NCBI GenBank assembly: GCA_051362555.1
Contig: CM120644.1
Span: 4,534,954-4,598,953, forward strand
DNA: 64,000 nt
Origin: Lingula anatina
Lineage: Eukaryota > Animalia > Brachiopoda
Reading direction: 5' to 3'
Within the stretch, counting starts at the first letter, position 1. Every line of letters starts with the position of its first letter. Both the position numbers and the translations under genes were made by a program. Of the stretch, positions 23,419-37,300 are shown piece by piece. Under the pieces are notes generated by a model. It ran no database searches, had not been told where the DNA came from, and saw nothing but the letters and a program-made list of their open reading frames with translations.

Positions 23419-23735
23419 TTGGCCGCTGGGAAGTCTGCTTTTCATGCACAGCGGGTTAGCATATTACTCCACATATCATTTTCACAATATTCTGAGTACA
23501 TTTCTTGTCTTTAATTACAAAACAGAAAAAATGTCAAATAACATCTTCCACCTCCCAACAATACATCAAGTGCGGTAGACTACAGTACCTTTATGTATTT
23601 AAACCACAAACCAGGGTAAATTGTGTAAAAACATCCCTGTTTAAAATTGTTGTAGTTGTTTGGGTCGAATGCTTTGAAGGCATTTTTAAAGCATTCATTC
23701 AATTACTGTTTTTAAACATGCGTTTTTTCTTTTTT

Positions 23736-23783
<48 letters not shown>

Positions 23784-26700
23784 AAAGTATATCAGAATTC
23801 CAATATATTTCCTGGTAGTTTTCAGCCTTATGCACGCAACACTCGTTTCCCTGTAGTAAGGTTGCTGAGTGATTTACTCCTAGTATTTTTTTTCTTTCAA
23901 CCCATAATCATTTGGTTTGCCAAAAAGAAAAAGAATGAAAAATGTTGCCATTTTATGAAAAAGATATAAGAACAATAGTCCATCCCAGATTGCTATTATT
24001 CTGAGTCCTGAGAGGGCAATGCTGTTCTATTCAGTATGCTGACTTTGCATATCTAAATTACTGATGTGATGATCGAGTGCCTGTAAAGGTGGAAAGAATA
24101 TGTTTGCAAGATTTGAGTTGCAATATTGTGCACATGTGAATTTAAACTTCACGTATTAAGTTCTGATTGCCATTCAGTTAAAAAAAACATTGTTATTACT
24201 GATACTGCTATTGTGTTGTGGGATCCAGTTGTATTTGTTTATACCTTATTACCGTATTGTCTATGCCTGATTGCATATTTTTGGGCTAAATATTGTAAGA
24301 TGTCTTATATCTCTAGATATAGCAAGTTTTGGTGTCGTCACTATCATTGTAAATGTAATATTAAGTGTGACACAAATATCAGTTCCTTTACATTCGCAAA
24401 AAAAAATGGATTATGTGACAATGGAGAACGTAAAGTTCTGGCATAAACTCGGTAATGACACTCAATAATGTGTTTATAAACCAGAATGTAGTTATTTTTA
24501 TTTCGTTTTCATATAAGGAGTCATAATTATCATACCTATGTAGTTATAACTTCTGTTTATCCACTAAGTAAAGTGTAATTTTTCCTGACATTGCTTGGAA
24601 TCCAATTGGACCCGGTGGCTAATTGCACATTTTGGGGCTAAATATCGTTAAGGTTCTTAAAGCCAAGGTATAATATGTTTTGTTCCAATTATTTTCATTA
24701 TACATGTAAAAGGGAGTTTTCCCAACTTTGCGCCACCAATATATAAATTTTATGAATAGCATTTTTGTAAATGACGCTTAGTGAGTGATCAACTAATGTT
24801 TAAATATCTAAACGTGTTTTAATTAATTTCCTTGTTTATTTAGAACTTTATTTGTCTTAATAGTATTTCTTACACGTTTTATTGTAGAGTATACTAAACA
24901 AATTTGCATTTTAGACTCAAAATAAATATTATTATTATTATTATTATTATTGTTATTATTATTATTATTATTGATATATTACAAGAGGGTTGCAAGGTGT
25001 GTTATTTGACATACATACGGAGTGAACGTGTTCGTATTTCACCGAAAAACAACCCTAAAACAAAATAAAACATGCAGCCTGGTTAAAAGTTTTAATTCCA
25101 TTAAAACAGTGAGAGAGCCAGTCCTCTGCCAAGGAAATTCAGTTTTTATTATTATTATTATTATTATTGATGTATCATACCATTAATTTGGACAAAATCT
25201 AATCGATTCTAATTCAGGTAGCCTATTTTTGACCTGTCCTTAAAATTTTGCTCCATTCATATCCTGTTGAGTCAGGTTGTTTGTTGAAAAAACAACAACA
25301 AAAACGTCACCTTAGAGATAATCTTAAAACCTAGCAATCATAACAGTGTTTGTGACCTGCTACCCTGGGCAGGGTATGCCCCAGCGTTATAAACTTCCCC
25401 TGTGTGTAGAACAACGATAAGGGCACTGTGCACACGTACAAAGCTTTTAAGCTTAAAAGTAAAAGAAATGATACCGTCCCCACACATAATGAAATATCTC
25501 ATGTACTTTTTTTTAAAGCAGTCATCTCAAATGATTATTCAAATGTCTTACTGTTTCAATCTCAAGTATTTCTCCCTGCTACCAGAACTTACAGTTGGTG
25601 AGATGTTGGTAAATGATTGGTTTTGGATCACTAGAAATTGATTTATAGTGTATTTGAAGTATTGTCGTTACAGTTGGGTTGCACTTCATTAACAGAAGAA
25701 CTGTGCACGCTATTTGAGATGATCTCAACTCAAAGAAATCTGCTGAAATGTTTTCTGTAAATTCGGTTGTAATAATTATTGCTTTTTATTTTTCAATTTT
25801 GTTTAAGGAGCATTTTCAGCTCCTTGTGGCCTTATGTCCCACACGGGACGAAGAGGAATGATTTCAGCTCCTTATTGAATTTAATTTTTTTATGTGAAAG
25901 AGTTTTGCCAAGTTCTGTTGTGCGTGTTAACTTTACATTATAGATTTTAAAAAAAAAAAACGCTTGTAAAAAAAATTACCACAAAATTTAATTCCAAATA
26001 AATGCTTACAAAAGTACAGCAGTCAAAAACATCACCCTCTAATGGATTTCCATTCGCATGCATTAGGACATATAAATTCAGTTTATAAAATCCAACTACA
26101 ATTCACTTGAATAACATAATGATAATCATACCAGATTTCAGAATATTAAAGTGTTTAGTTCCTACTCTTAAGAGAGTTTTTATTACAATCCCAGCTTGCC
26201 CACGGGAGTTACTGTTATACACCATTGGCAGGTTAAAGGGTGTGGGTAGGGGGTCCTTACCCCCCTTCGGTTTCTGAAAAAAATCACATATAGAGAAAAC
26301 ACATGTACATGTAAAATGATGGATCGGATAAAGGGGGGGGTCATGTGCAGGTACCCTTCTTCTCCCTCACCTTCCACAAAAATAAAATCATTATCGAAGC
26401 GAGACAAAACCTAGAACCTTTTCGACCCTTGTGCCCTACCGGAAAGTTCAAATTTTACTAAGTACTAAAATCTACTGTTGTATGCATGTATATGTAAAAT
26501 TCTAATTATAAAACGTCGTCACAAATTTTCTACTGTTGTACAATCATTTAATCCGCCCCCCCCCCACCCCCCGCTTCAGCAAAAACCAGGATCCACCAAT
26601 GACGTCAAGTTTATGAATCCCTTCTTTGAACTGTCCTATGACTCCGGCCCACAAATACATGCTGTTATTGCGTACGTGCATTGTTTGCACGCTTTTTATT

Positions 26701-27032
26701 TAGCTTTAGCTATGTATCCAACACCAGTTAACCTTGTGCTTGTTGTGATGTGCTTTAAATTGTGCTAGTTGAGAAAAGATCGTTCTCGGAGAACACAATG
26801 GATGTGTCTAACAGGGTGTCAGTCACCCCCGTTAATTCCACCATATTTACTTCCTCGATTGCACTAATGATAGTCACAATAGTCGCAGTTCTATAAACAG
26901 TGTCAAAATTTGATGGCATGATTCACGACCACTTCCCGCGTTAAAATGACACGCCTACACGACTTGGTCGCGTTCTAAATCCTAGGAAGCAGACACATTA
27001 CAGTAGGCACGTGTGGTATATGTATGTGTGGG

Positions 27033-27206
27033 CAGTGGCGGGGTCCTGACCCTACCCCTTCGATTTCTGAAAAATATCATACCAATGGTCCCATCTTGAA
27101 ATTAGAATGCTGACTAGCTAAATCATAGTTCTAAACAGTTCCAAATGGCACCGTTCGCCTTCGCGGTCCCCCTGCTCCCCTTCAAATAATCCTGTATCCA
27201 CCCCTG
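27033..27206. mobile_element. hAT-like MITE
   Basis: CAGTGGCGG / CCACCCCTG ends with an 8-bp flanking duplication TGTGTGGG / CGTGTGGG. Confidence 0.6.
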
Positions 27207-27299
27207 CGTGTGGGGTTATTTCACATTAGTTATATAATTCATAATTCATCCACCGTGTTAGTACAGTGGGGAATCACTGAATTATTGATAAATAAAGAA

Positions 27300-27332
27300 A
27301 GACAACGATGTGTTCAAACATTTTTATTTATT
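27300..27332 (-). terminator. Candidate polyadenylation signal of the activin gene (3' UTR about 1.9 kb)
   Basis: Overlapping AATAAA hexamers at 27332-27323 (minus strand), followed by GT/T-rich sequence. Confidence 0.5.
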
Positions 27333-29244
27333 TGTTGATCTGTTTATGAATTTATCTTTATTTTTCGTTAATCAGGTCGTGATGTATACTTTTTCATTAA
27401 CGTCAAGAATGCACTACTGGTCTCAGCATAAACATATATAAACGGCGCAAATAAATTTTCTCAAAATCAGTAACAGCTAATATGTGCGCAGAACGATGAC
27501 GAATTATGGTACAAATACCCTAAAAAGGAGGAGTACTGCCCAGTTTGAAATGTATGCATTAAGACCCCCCAAATATGCGGTGCCATAGCAACACGCCTTG
27601 TAAAGCAAATCTAATCACATTGAGCGGGCAGCCGAAATAGCAGAACAAACTACAGCAGTTGGAAACTACTGAAAGTGACTTAATGTTCACGGAAACTCGT
27701 CATAGTACGATTGTGCGAAAGTTGCACAATTGGTGCGACGGTGAAAGTTCCTTAAACGATGAATTACCATAACACGTTTGAAACCTAGTTATATTTACAT
27801 GGTACGGCACAAGGTCTCAAAATAGATAAATTGCGCAAAACTTAAATATCACAAATATACTGAGAATTGGTCATAGTTAAGTTGTACGTAAAATGTACGT
27901 CATTAATTTAAAGAAAACCACATATTTGCAACATTCATAATTATATTTTCTACTCATAAAATCGCAACAGTAGACAGTCGTAGGCCCACTTATTGACTCC
28001 ATGCTGTTGACTTTCGCAAAGAAAGCACAATTAAAATGCATTAAATGTGGTGAAATAACCTATCCTAATTGGTTAAAATCATGAAGCATCTTTACCTTTA
28101 CTTAAACATCGATATATCACTGAGTGATTCGGATGGCCCAACTGTATCTACGATCCAACTACTATCTGTGTTTTCTGATGTCTTAACAGTTACACTGTCT
28201 TTGCGCATGCAAAAACACATAAATATCACTAAATTTTCATCATTTTGTAAACTGTTAACATGATTTTTGCACGAATAACGTTTCACGTCCTCAAAATACG
28301 TATCACCCACCGCCCTTAGAGAGCGCCCCTTCAAAAGGTAAACGTTTGTACATAACTTAGCGTTCCGTAACTCATTCAATGGGCCGTGTAAACGTTTATC
28401 GTTCAGGCACCTAACGTCCCGAACGTAAAATATTCTGAGCTTTAAACTTAAGACTTAGATGAAAGAGTGTGTAGTCAGATCAGCACGTCTTTTTTATCCT
28501 ATGACGGTAGATTTTTGAGAGCTAATTGCAATTATACTCTGTGCCATTGCTGCCGGCCTAAGCTGGATGTTGTATTTTCATTCATAGTTCAGATTTGTTC
28601 AACGCAATGTGGCGTCCTCTTCTCGGTTGTTCGGCTATAATGCCAGTACCTGAAGACTTCAAGAACGACATAAATTCAGTTTCTGATCAGCCACTGAAAG
28701 GAATTCCTCATGGCTTCTCCACACTACTGGCAGGGAGAAACACCTAAGAGTGATACAATGTTTCTTTCTTGTAAACAGTGAATTTCACAGTGCACATTGA
28801 ACATTGCGCGACTTGTAAAGATGTCACATAAATTGTTTTCTCTATAGTTTGTAAGTAACGCAGGTGTTCTGATATCATCATCATGTTATTATCATAACAA
28901 GGAACCTATCAAGGTTGCCATGGTGACGCTTTACAGTCTGATCGTTTCCTTTGGCTGCTCACGGTGGCGTTCAATCTAGTGCCTCCTTTGCAACAGATTT
29001 CACAGAGCTTCATCATGGTCAATCATTTTCAGAAGAAAATGGCAGTCCGAAGTTTTAATGAAGCTTTTTTATCGCAAAACCCTCAATGAAAAAAAGCTGT
29101 TTGGTTCCAAAGTTCTTCTGTACCAATTAACCCGTTTTTTCATGTCCAAAATTACGACGATGAAGTATGATCTCTTCAGCCGCACGTGACTGAAACATCA
29201 TGTTACAGCAAGAAAAAAAAAGAAAAAAGTTCGGTTTCCTACAG

Positions 29245-30143
29245 TTATGCACATCCACATTCGTCTATGATCATTTTGGGTATGTCACTCTGAACTATCT
29301 CACCATTTTCGTTTAGGTACAGTATAGATAGCGTGCTCATCTTTTTCGGGCTGCAGCAAGGTGTGATATGTGCATTCTTAGACTTATATCCCCGTACTAC
29401 AAATGAGTGGTGGTGTATAAATCTGGAGGGAGAAGGACTGAGCCCGCAGTTGCCTTGGCAATAGTTGGCTTGGTAACCAGGCGGGGCAAGTATCCAATCC
29501 CAGCCCAGCTCAGAAAAGTCCACGTACAAATGCTTTTTACAACAGTCAGATTTAGGGTCACATTCTGTAGAACGCCGTTTCTTTCCGGCGCGAAAAAAGT
29601 CTGAAAAAGATGAATGTTTTTGTTCAGTTCGAATAATTAAGAACGGCCTCCTTTTGTTTAGATTTTTTCTTTTGTGGACTTGGAAATCTGGCAAAGGTAA
29701 TCTTGAAACGCTTCGGACACGCTTGACTCTTTTCAGAAGTCGATCTCTTTTCCTGCGCCCTTTTGACATCTTTTTGGCCAAAATTGGCTGAATAAAATTC
29801 GGGCAATCAGAGCAATGGATAAACAGTCTCAAATCATTAAAATGTCTATTGAACATTGGCTGAACTAAACTCTTCGGTACAGTGATTTTCTGCCATGTCG
29901 TGTGGCTTATCGTTAAGTCATGCGTTTCGATAAGTTCCCGGTCCTTGCCAGTGTGTTCAAAGACTTCGTCTGAATACATGTGGTAAACCTTCAGTGTGAT
30001 CCGTCTTGGGTATCTCTTCTGTCCCCCTGGTGGTCGTTTGTAGCGCAATAGAACGAAGAGTTCTGCGGCCTTGACCTCCAGGTTGGCGTCTTGGTACTGC
30101 CCCGACACCGTGAAGTAGATGACGTTGTTATCACTGCTGTTTC
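29245..30143 (-). CDS. INHB: Activin/inhibin beta chain, exon 2 (prodomain C-terminal part + mature ligand)
   Basis: Acceptor TTTACAG| at 30144/30143. After KKRR comes a 108-aa mature domain with nine cysteines (C, CC, CxxxC, CC, CxC), LGWDWILAPPGY and a terminal ECGCA*. The prodomain has LRLFIHCSDC and RPFL motifs as in invertebrate activin-beta. Confidence 0.95.
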
Positions 30144-31770
30144 CTGTAAATGTAGGAAAGAGACATAAATGTGAATACTTTGAACTGTGAAATATAGAAA
30201 CGTTTATGAACAGGTTGCAATCATGGAACCAAGCAACCATCCTGCAATTGACTTTCACTGTGGGCTAATTCCACCAAGCACCCAATCAATCGATGAATCG
30301 ATGGATCAAGTAATTAAGCGGTCTTTTTTTTTCTTTTTTTTTTCTAATTTTCATTTTAAAAATTATTCTGAATTTACAACCGTCAATAAATTCTTAGCCA
30401 CATGACATCATGCCCGATACAGTATCAGAAAAGTTAAGTGTCACAAAACACGCCAAGGCACCTTCCAAACATCGTTTCACAACCATCAGACATCCCATTG
30501 ATCCAGTTCAGTCCACAACGTATATTTCAATAGGCTAACCTAACTGCGATAGCCTGATGTTGGTCTGTTGCACACCTGTGAACACTTAATTGATAGAACT
30601 TACACCAACCGTCTTCCTCACACAATGTGTGGTACACTTTCACCAACTCACCCCGCGCACTCATCTCTACCTGTCTAAAACCACTTTAATTTATGAATAT
30701 CTATTGCCATTTCTAGACAATTCGAATGGGTAAATCAAACGACAGATGATACCATGTACTAATATACCAGTTTCCCCCCCTCCCACCCTAGCAACCTGAG
30801 AAACTCCTGCAATACGACGAAGAAAGTTTCTTGGTTTCAGTTTTGACATAGTTCTGACCCGAGCGCTGCCTGAGTATATAGGTTAATATGTTACATTCCC
30901 CGCTCTGATTCCATTAACACGTCAATTGGAACCCCGAGTGCTGAACCTGGTTTCAGTTTACCCGCCTAGAAGAATGGGACTCGAGCCCCGTACGCGGCCC
31001 ATTAGGATCTCTTGGTTTTATTGATTTGTCAAAACTTGGCACAGTTAGTCCAACGTGGTGCCAATACGAGAGGCTGCTGATGACTGTAGAACGTAACTTC
31101 ACGCGGAGTAAGGTTAAAAAAGCAGTGGCAGAACTGTTTCACTTGCACGAGAGGGAAATTGTGTTGTGAAACAATGGCGTGCGCGTGTGAGGAGAGATAC
31201 AGAGAGAGAGAGAGAATGGGAGAATGAGAAAGAGTGAATAAGAGAGAGGGAGAGAGAGGGGGAGAATGGGAGAGAGAGATTGAAAAAGGGAGAAAATGAG
31301 AAAGAGAGAAAGAAAGAGAGAGAATAGAGAGACAAATGATGTTATGTGATGTGTGGGAGGGATGAAAGACAGATGGGAGGAAAAGTGAAGGGATAGAGAA
31401 GAGAAATGGACGGATACAGTAATGACAGTGAGACGGAAAAGTGAAAGCACATTAAAAAAAATGATGTGCCATCTTTGCACTTCCTGTGTCTGGAATGCAC
31501 TAGTTTGCACTTTCTACATGTATCCTTTCTTTGATCGTTTCATTAGCTTTGTCTAGCATATACTTCTGACTTTGATTCAAAATCAAAGAATTACTTCTAT
31601 TTCGGTGGTTCATTTCTAGGAACCGCTGGCAGAAGTTACGTTATTCTAATGAGATTTCCAAGAAATTAAGTGCGCTTTTTCAAAGGAAAAGTGTTAAGGC
31701 TCCCTATCAAATAACATACGTTTTATGTAATGAATTATATGTTTCTCGCAACCTTTTCGGCTAACAGTCA

Positions 31771-31933
31771 CAGGGGCGAATTTAGAGATATTTTTTGACA
31801 GACTTCTTAACCATCCATCCTCCTTTTTGACCGTCTTCTGACAGAAAATAATTAGATGCCCGTCAATGTAAACTTGAATATTTCTGACCTTCTTCCGGAA
31901 GGCCCCCCAGAAGATGACTTCCGTCTGCCCCTG
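31771..31933. mobile_element. MITE with CAGGGGC termini
   Basis: CAGGGGCGAA / TCTGCCCCTG inverted ends; target duplication unclear. Confidence 0.45.
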
Positions 31934-34900
31934 GTTCATATTTGGGGTCTCACAAATGTCACAACTTTTCCTGGAAATTAGTTTTGTAACACCATAACAG
32001 TTCTCAGGGTTACAAATACTTTATGAAATTTTGCAGATGCAAACATCTATAGGTCCCCTGCGTGCGAGAAGACTGCAGGAATTCAAAAGACTGAAAACAG
32101 AGAAAATGTTCAGAATAGAAGATAGAAGACTTTAAGAATAAAAGGCTATAAGAACAGGACGAAGAACATTAATTGGAATGTACCGGTAACCAATTAGGAT
32201 TATTAGAAGGGCTGTAACAATTATATATGAAATTGGCTTCATGTAGTCTAATACAGAGCGGTGCTGCAGTCATAAAGAGTGAGGCCAAAGGGTTATTGTA
32301 ACCAAGTTTTGCAGACCTACAATGAACATGAGTTACCAGAACTTTAATACACAGTGAAGGAGAAGGATATTTCTGCTATATTTTCTTTGTTTTATTTTAT
32401 TTTTGCTTGGCTTCTATTACCCTTGATCACCAGAAGCCAAATGCCACACGTGTCATCAATTTTTAAGAAGGAAAGAGGGAAACACCTTTCCATCCCAGTA
32501 TGGTTATCATATCCATAGCGATATATATAGTCCTACGCTAACCTATAAAGGGAGGGGGGGAAAGATGGTGGACACAGTTCTTATTGACGTATACAGACGA
32601 AGTGCAAGGCTTCTGATACGCAGGGTGATTTGAGAAAAAATCCCGAGGAAGTGTTCTTCAGCTCACTAGAACGCCGTGGAAACGCTTAGAAGAACATACC
32701 ATCAGGTGCGCATGCTCACTTAAGCAATAAATTGGAATGAAAGTGCGGTGCCTGTGCCAGCTTTCTGCCTTGGGATCACAGGATTTCTTAAGTCGCAGTA
32801 ACAGATGGGGGGCACAAACGCACAGAGAGAGAGAGAGAGAGAGAGAGAAACAACGTACATGTATAACATGCGATTAAGATAATCTTATATTTCCTACCGA
32901 TCAACACGGTGCAATAAAACTAGGAAAATAAATCAAAATCTTAAATTTATATTGACTACTCTTCCTCAAATTTGAAGCAATTAAAATGACAATATTGAAA
33001 TCAGTTATAACAAAAAGATATAGGTACGACGTCTGGCAATAGTGCAACACTTATGAATCAAGGACAAGTATTAATAGTCTCATGGTGACTGGAGGGTTAA
33101 AACACAAGCACCTCGCATTGGACATCGGACTTAAGGGTCATTTAGTGCAACCGGGGTCATCCACTGATCGAATACCATGGCAGTTCTTGAAAGAACCTGC
33201 TTAACCGTGACCCTCAAAACGCACAGAGGAATTCCAGCTTAAATGTCGACGGAGCAGTTGTATACGTATATCATAGGCATGGTATTCGGCCCTCGTTTGA
33301 TTGATGGAGATTTAATTGTTACAAATTCGGAAGTTTTACTCCTGCTGTGTAAAGTTAGATCGGCGAAATTTTATGTAACGTGTATCCGGCGTAGAGCCGC
33401 GTTGCTGGAAGTCCTGCAAATATGCACATGATAAATGCTGGGATTCACGTTCATTCAACCCTGATGAAGTCAAAATAAGCAACACTAGTCCATTCGCGCC
33501 AGTTCCTAGTGTTAACTGTATATTTGGCTAAAAATAATGTAGATGACCATTATTACTTATGACCCCCCCGCCCCCCCCCCTCTTGAAGGGGGGTGGGTGG
33601 TAAGTAAATTATCCTGAGGGGGGTTTATCTGTCCTGTCCATACACCCAAGGGATACATGTATGTAGGTACATAATTCTTGTTTGCTTAAAAAAGACAAAT
33701 CCTTGTAAACACGTCAGACCTCAAAAACTGCTACTTTAGGCAAAAGTGTTCAAATATTGCTTAAATTTCAGAATAAGTTTTGTTTAAAAAAATGAAGCAC
33801 ATCCACACCATCTTATTCCTATCTACAGATTTTTTAAGGAGTGTTGTCTAATATTTCGCTTCCAAAACTGTAACTTTTTACGATATTTATCGATTTTCCC
33901 CATACTACAGACTTGGTCATCTCCGCATAGTGATTAAACAGCGAGGGAACATGAACTGATGAGGACAAACCTTTTTTTTTTTTTTTTTGCTGATTTCCGG
34001 TAAATTCCTTTGAACAAAAGACACCATTTATGTTACCGCGTATTCCAACTTAAGGCATAAAATTCCATAGCACTGCTGTTGGTGTCATACCGGCTAAAGA
34101 TGCCTAGGTATTCTTTGCTTTTAGCGTACTATGTAAACTGTCCATTAATATATATATCTTCACTGGTATCCAGCTCAACACTATACACGTTCAGGGACCC
34201 TATTTAATCCAACGCATGGCCTCGATGCATAACCAACACATTGGGCCGAAAACAGGGACAGGTAGTAAAATGCTCAGAACTTTCTGAAATCACATGTTTA
34301 TAGTATCCTTAGAAACAATTCCGACCGCCCGGAGCAGAGGGCTTTGGTGGCTTGGTAGCCTGGAAGTTGCCCAAGACTGAGTGCTTTCAGTGGAATAAGC
34401 CGATACTGGCTTCTGGAGTCGAGCAAACATTGCTCAATTAGGAAGAGCTCTTGCCAGAAGTCGCCTACTATGTCAAACAGAAGATTGATTTTAGAGAGGC
34501 ACAGATTCCAATAAAAGTTCCAACTTTGGTACAAGTTTTGGGTAATCGCTGGAAATCACTCGATAAACCAAATGTCCGCCCTTACTTGACACAATGACGT
34601 GGAAATTAAATACTTAAAATAACAATATTAAATCATGATGTTTCAATGTGAGGCGGGTCCACTTTAACGGAGGTACTTGGATTACTCGAAATCTGTGATT
34701 AATCGGCGGCAATGGTCGGATATGTTCTAATAAGTTATCAGATACGGCGTAGTTCCTGTTATAAAGATGCAAAATTGCCCTTTTTTACGTGTTTGGAGTC
34801 TGAATACCGAGTGATGATTAATCGTAGTGAAGGTGTCAAAAATAAAAGTGCACCATTGTTATTAAAATCATTCACATTAGTGTATAGTTGTAAACGTGTC

Positions 34901-36436
34901 AACGTCGTAATTATTAAAGAATTAATGCAAAAAAACTAAGTAGATGAAAAAAAACGTGGCGAACTTTTAATTATAACAATGGAAAAATGTTACAATGAAA
35001 ATTCAATGAAATTTCACATTAAAATGACGCATGAATATTTCCTCTAGCCCATTCAAGTTATGCCTCTTAAGTTCTTGAAAGGCCCATGGGGCGCTCTATT
35101 GAAAAAACAGCGTCTGTCCTATACTTATTGCCATGAGTAAACTTGAAAGCTTTTTACGTACAGACACAATGTTGCTTTAAAATTTCTCTTTTAACGAAAT
35201 AAATGGAAAACACTGGGTCTTGTTATCCCCAAACTTCCTGGTGATTTTTTTCTGACACTAAAATACAAGTCAGGTTCGAAAATCAGATTTATGGGGCAAA
35301 TTTTTTTGAAATTATGCAAACTCTTTAGTGGGTTTGTAATTTATGCACAACGAAATTTCAAGGTGTAACTTTGAATTCAGTCACTCCGTTCACCAAGATT
35401 TCACTTTCCTTTCCATTTTGTAATAATTACATATTCCATTTACATAGTTGCCTAACAACTGTCAACAGCAAAGTCCACTGTGCGGATACAGTGAACGCAG
35501 CACTTAAGCGACAGGTTGTTTTACTTTAAAACGCTGAAATACAATTAATAATCGCATGTCACTTGAAACTTGAAATTTCACAAGTGTTAAAGATTAAGAC
35601 TATGAAGATCTTTAACGATACTCGTTACTACACACGTATGTTGTGTCACATATCCCACTAACGATGGGCGCTCCCTCTGCGTGCCATTGTTGCAACGCGT
35701 CACAGATACACAGTGGGCGGGCGAGAGCCAGCGAGGCAGCTTTTCAAAACCCGAACAACAAAAAATGTTTTTTATCCCTCGACTATGTAGACAAAGCCAC
35801 CTCTACAATCTTGGTGAACCACCGAGTTTCTTTGGAGAAACCTTAACATTTTGTCGAGTGCTTGCCATAAGACGCGCAAGAGGAAGGTTAGAATGACACG
35901 CTGCCCACACTGCTCCAAAGTGCGTCCCTTGTCAATTTCAAACAACACAGGTGTCAGGTTGTAAAGCGAGATGGCGTCTTGAATATCACTTAAAAAACCT
36001 GACATTTCTGGTACATTACGTGCTCTGTGCGACGATTTAGTATTTTAGACTATTTAATGTATTGCTCTTCCTCCCACACGCACATTCTGACAATATATAC
36101 TAATCCCCATGACTTTTAATGTAAAATAAAAAAAAACCCAGGAAGTGGATGGAACACCGGGCCGTTCATAGAATGTGTTTATACTGTACAAGTGAGGCGT
36201 TCCTTCTAGAATATCAACTCTTAAACACACGAATGATTTTCGGGGCTTGTACTTCTTTAGTCTGCACATTACCTAAACACCAGAGGAAGTTTTCATGTCC
36301 TTAGAGGGCAAGATCGAGGTTTAAATGGTCAGGTTTGTTACCCACCGTCCTCGTGGCCACCGCGTGGACCGTCCTGCTCATCAATGCCGACCAGTACTGC
36401 ATTGTATATTTTAATTTACAGCCTCCCCCCCCTCTT

Positions 36437-36692
36437 GGGCCTCATTTCTAATGACACTATCGTTCTAATTAAATCGATCCAATTATGCAGAGACTCTGGC
36501 TGAATGCAATCAAGTTCATAGATTAACACGCCTCCTCTTGGCGAAGTGTGGATACAGAAAAGCTAGTGATCATAAGAGGACGTTGGAAGCAAGAGGAGAC
36601 GTGTTAATCCGTTGAATTGATTGTATTCAGCAAGAGTACCCGCCGAGGTGGATATATCTACGTAGAACGATAGTCTCATTGGAAATACGCCC
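36437..36692. mobile_element. Fold-back MITE (PIF/Harbinger-like GGGC termini)
   Basis: GGGCCTCATTTCTAATGACACTATCGTTCTA pairs with TAGAACGATAGTCTCATTGGAAATACGCCC; internal GATTAACACGCCTCCTCTTG pairs with CAAGAGGAGACGTGTTAATC. Confidence 0.75.
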
Positions 36693-36937
36693 TTTGCGCA
36701 CCGTCTTTTCGATCACATTGTTACCACAAAAAGCTGGAAACAGCTGGAAATGTTGTCAACCAAGCTACTTTGATCGTTGGAATAAAGTTGGAACATCCAG
36801 CCTGTGAATGCCACGCGTTATACGGTCGCCTTCAGATGCGAGAAGATCCTCATTAAGCTCGAGTTTCACTTCACTGTGACCGCAGAATTTTACGTCAACC
36901 ACATCCCGTGTCACATGAAACCCCCTAACTATAGTGC

Positions 36938-37300
36938 GTCAGCAAAACAACCACCCTGAGGACAGCGGTCCACATTGAAACCTGGGTCCTATACAGCAAC
37001 TCCCCTCACTACAACGTCCAGCAAAAGACCCACCCTGAGGACAGCGGTCCACATTGAAACCTGGGTCCTATACAGCAACTCCCCTCACTACAACGTCCAG
37101 CAAAAGACCCACCCTGAAGACAGCGGTCCACATTGAAACCTGGGTCCTATACAGCAACTCCCCTCACTACAACGTCCAGCAAAAGACCCACCCTGAGGAC
37201 AGCGGTCCACATTGAAACCTGGGTCCTATACAGCAACTCCCCTCACTACAACGTCCAGCAAAACAACCACCCTGAGGACAGCGGTCCACATTGGAACCCG
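36938..37300. repeat. 79-bp minisatellite, about 4.5 copies
   Basis: GACAGCGGTCCACATTG at 36961, 37040, 37119, 37198 and 37277. Confidence 0.95.

Larger units (their letters stand above)
20977..23430. mobile_element. Non-autonomous CCC-terminal DNA transposon (EnSpm/CMC-like) with subterminal TCAACRTTGA arrays
   Basis: CCCAGCAGGC... / ...GGCCGCTGGG ends with a 2-bp AA flanking duplication and palindromic motif arrays at both ends. Confidence 0.75.

Noticed and set aside
24190-24790. Diverged duplication with Cys-rich ORFs (24126-24468)
   Set aside because: Old local duplication; the frames are not conserved between the two copies.
27330-29244. miRNA seed sites in the activin 3' UTR
   Set aside because: Only partial 6-mer matches were noticed, as expected by chance without conservation data.
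30144-30258. N-terminal MKVNCRMV... extension of the 337-aa ORF, and the 58664-58818 tail of the 217-aa ORF
   Set aside because: Intronic read-through beyond clear splice sites.
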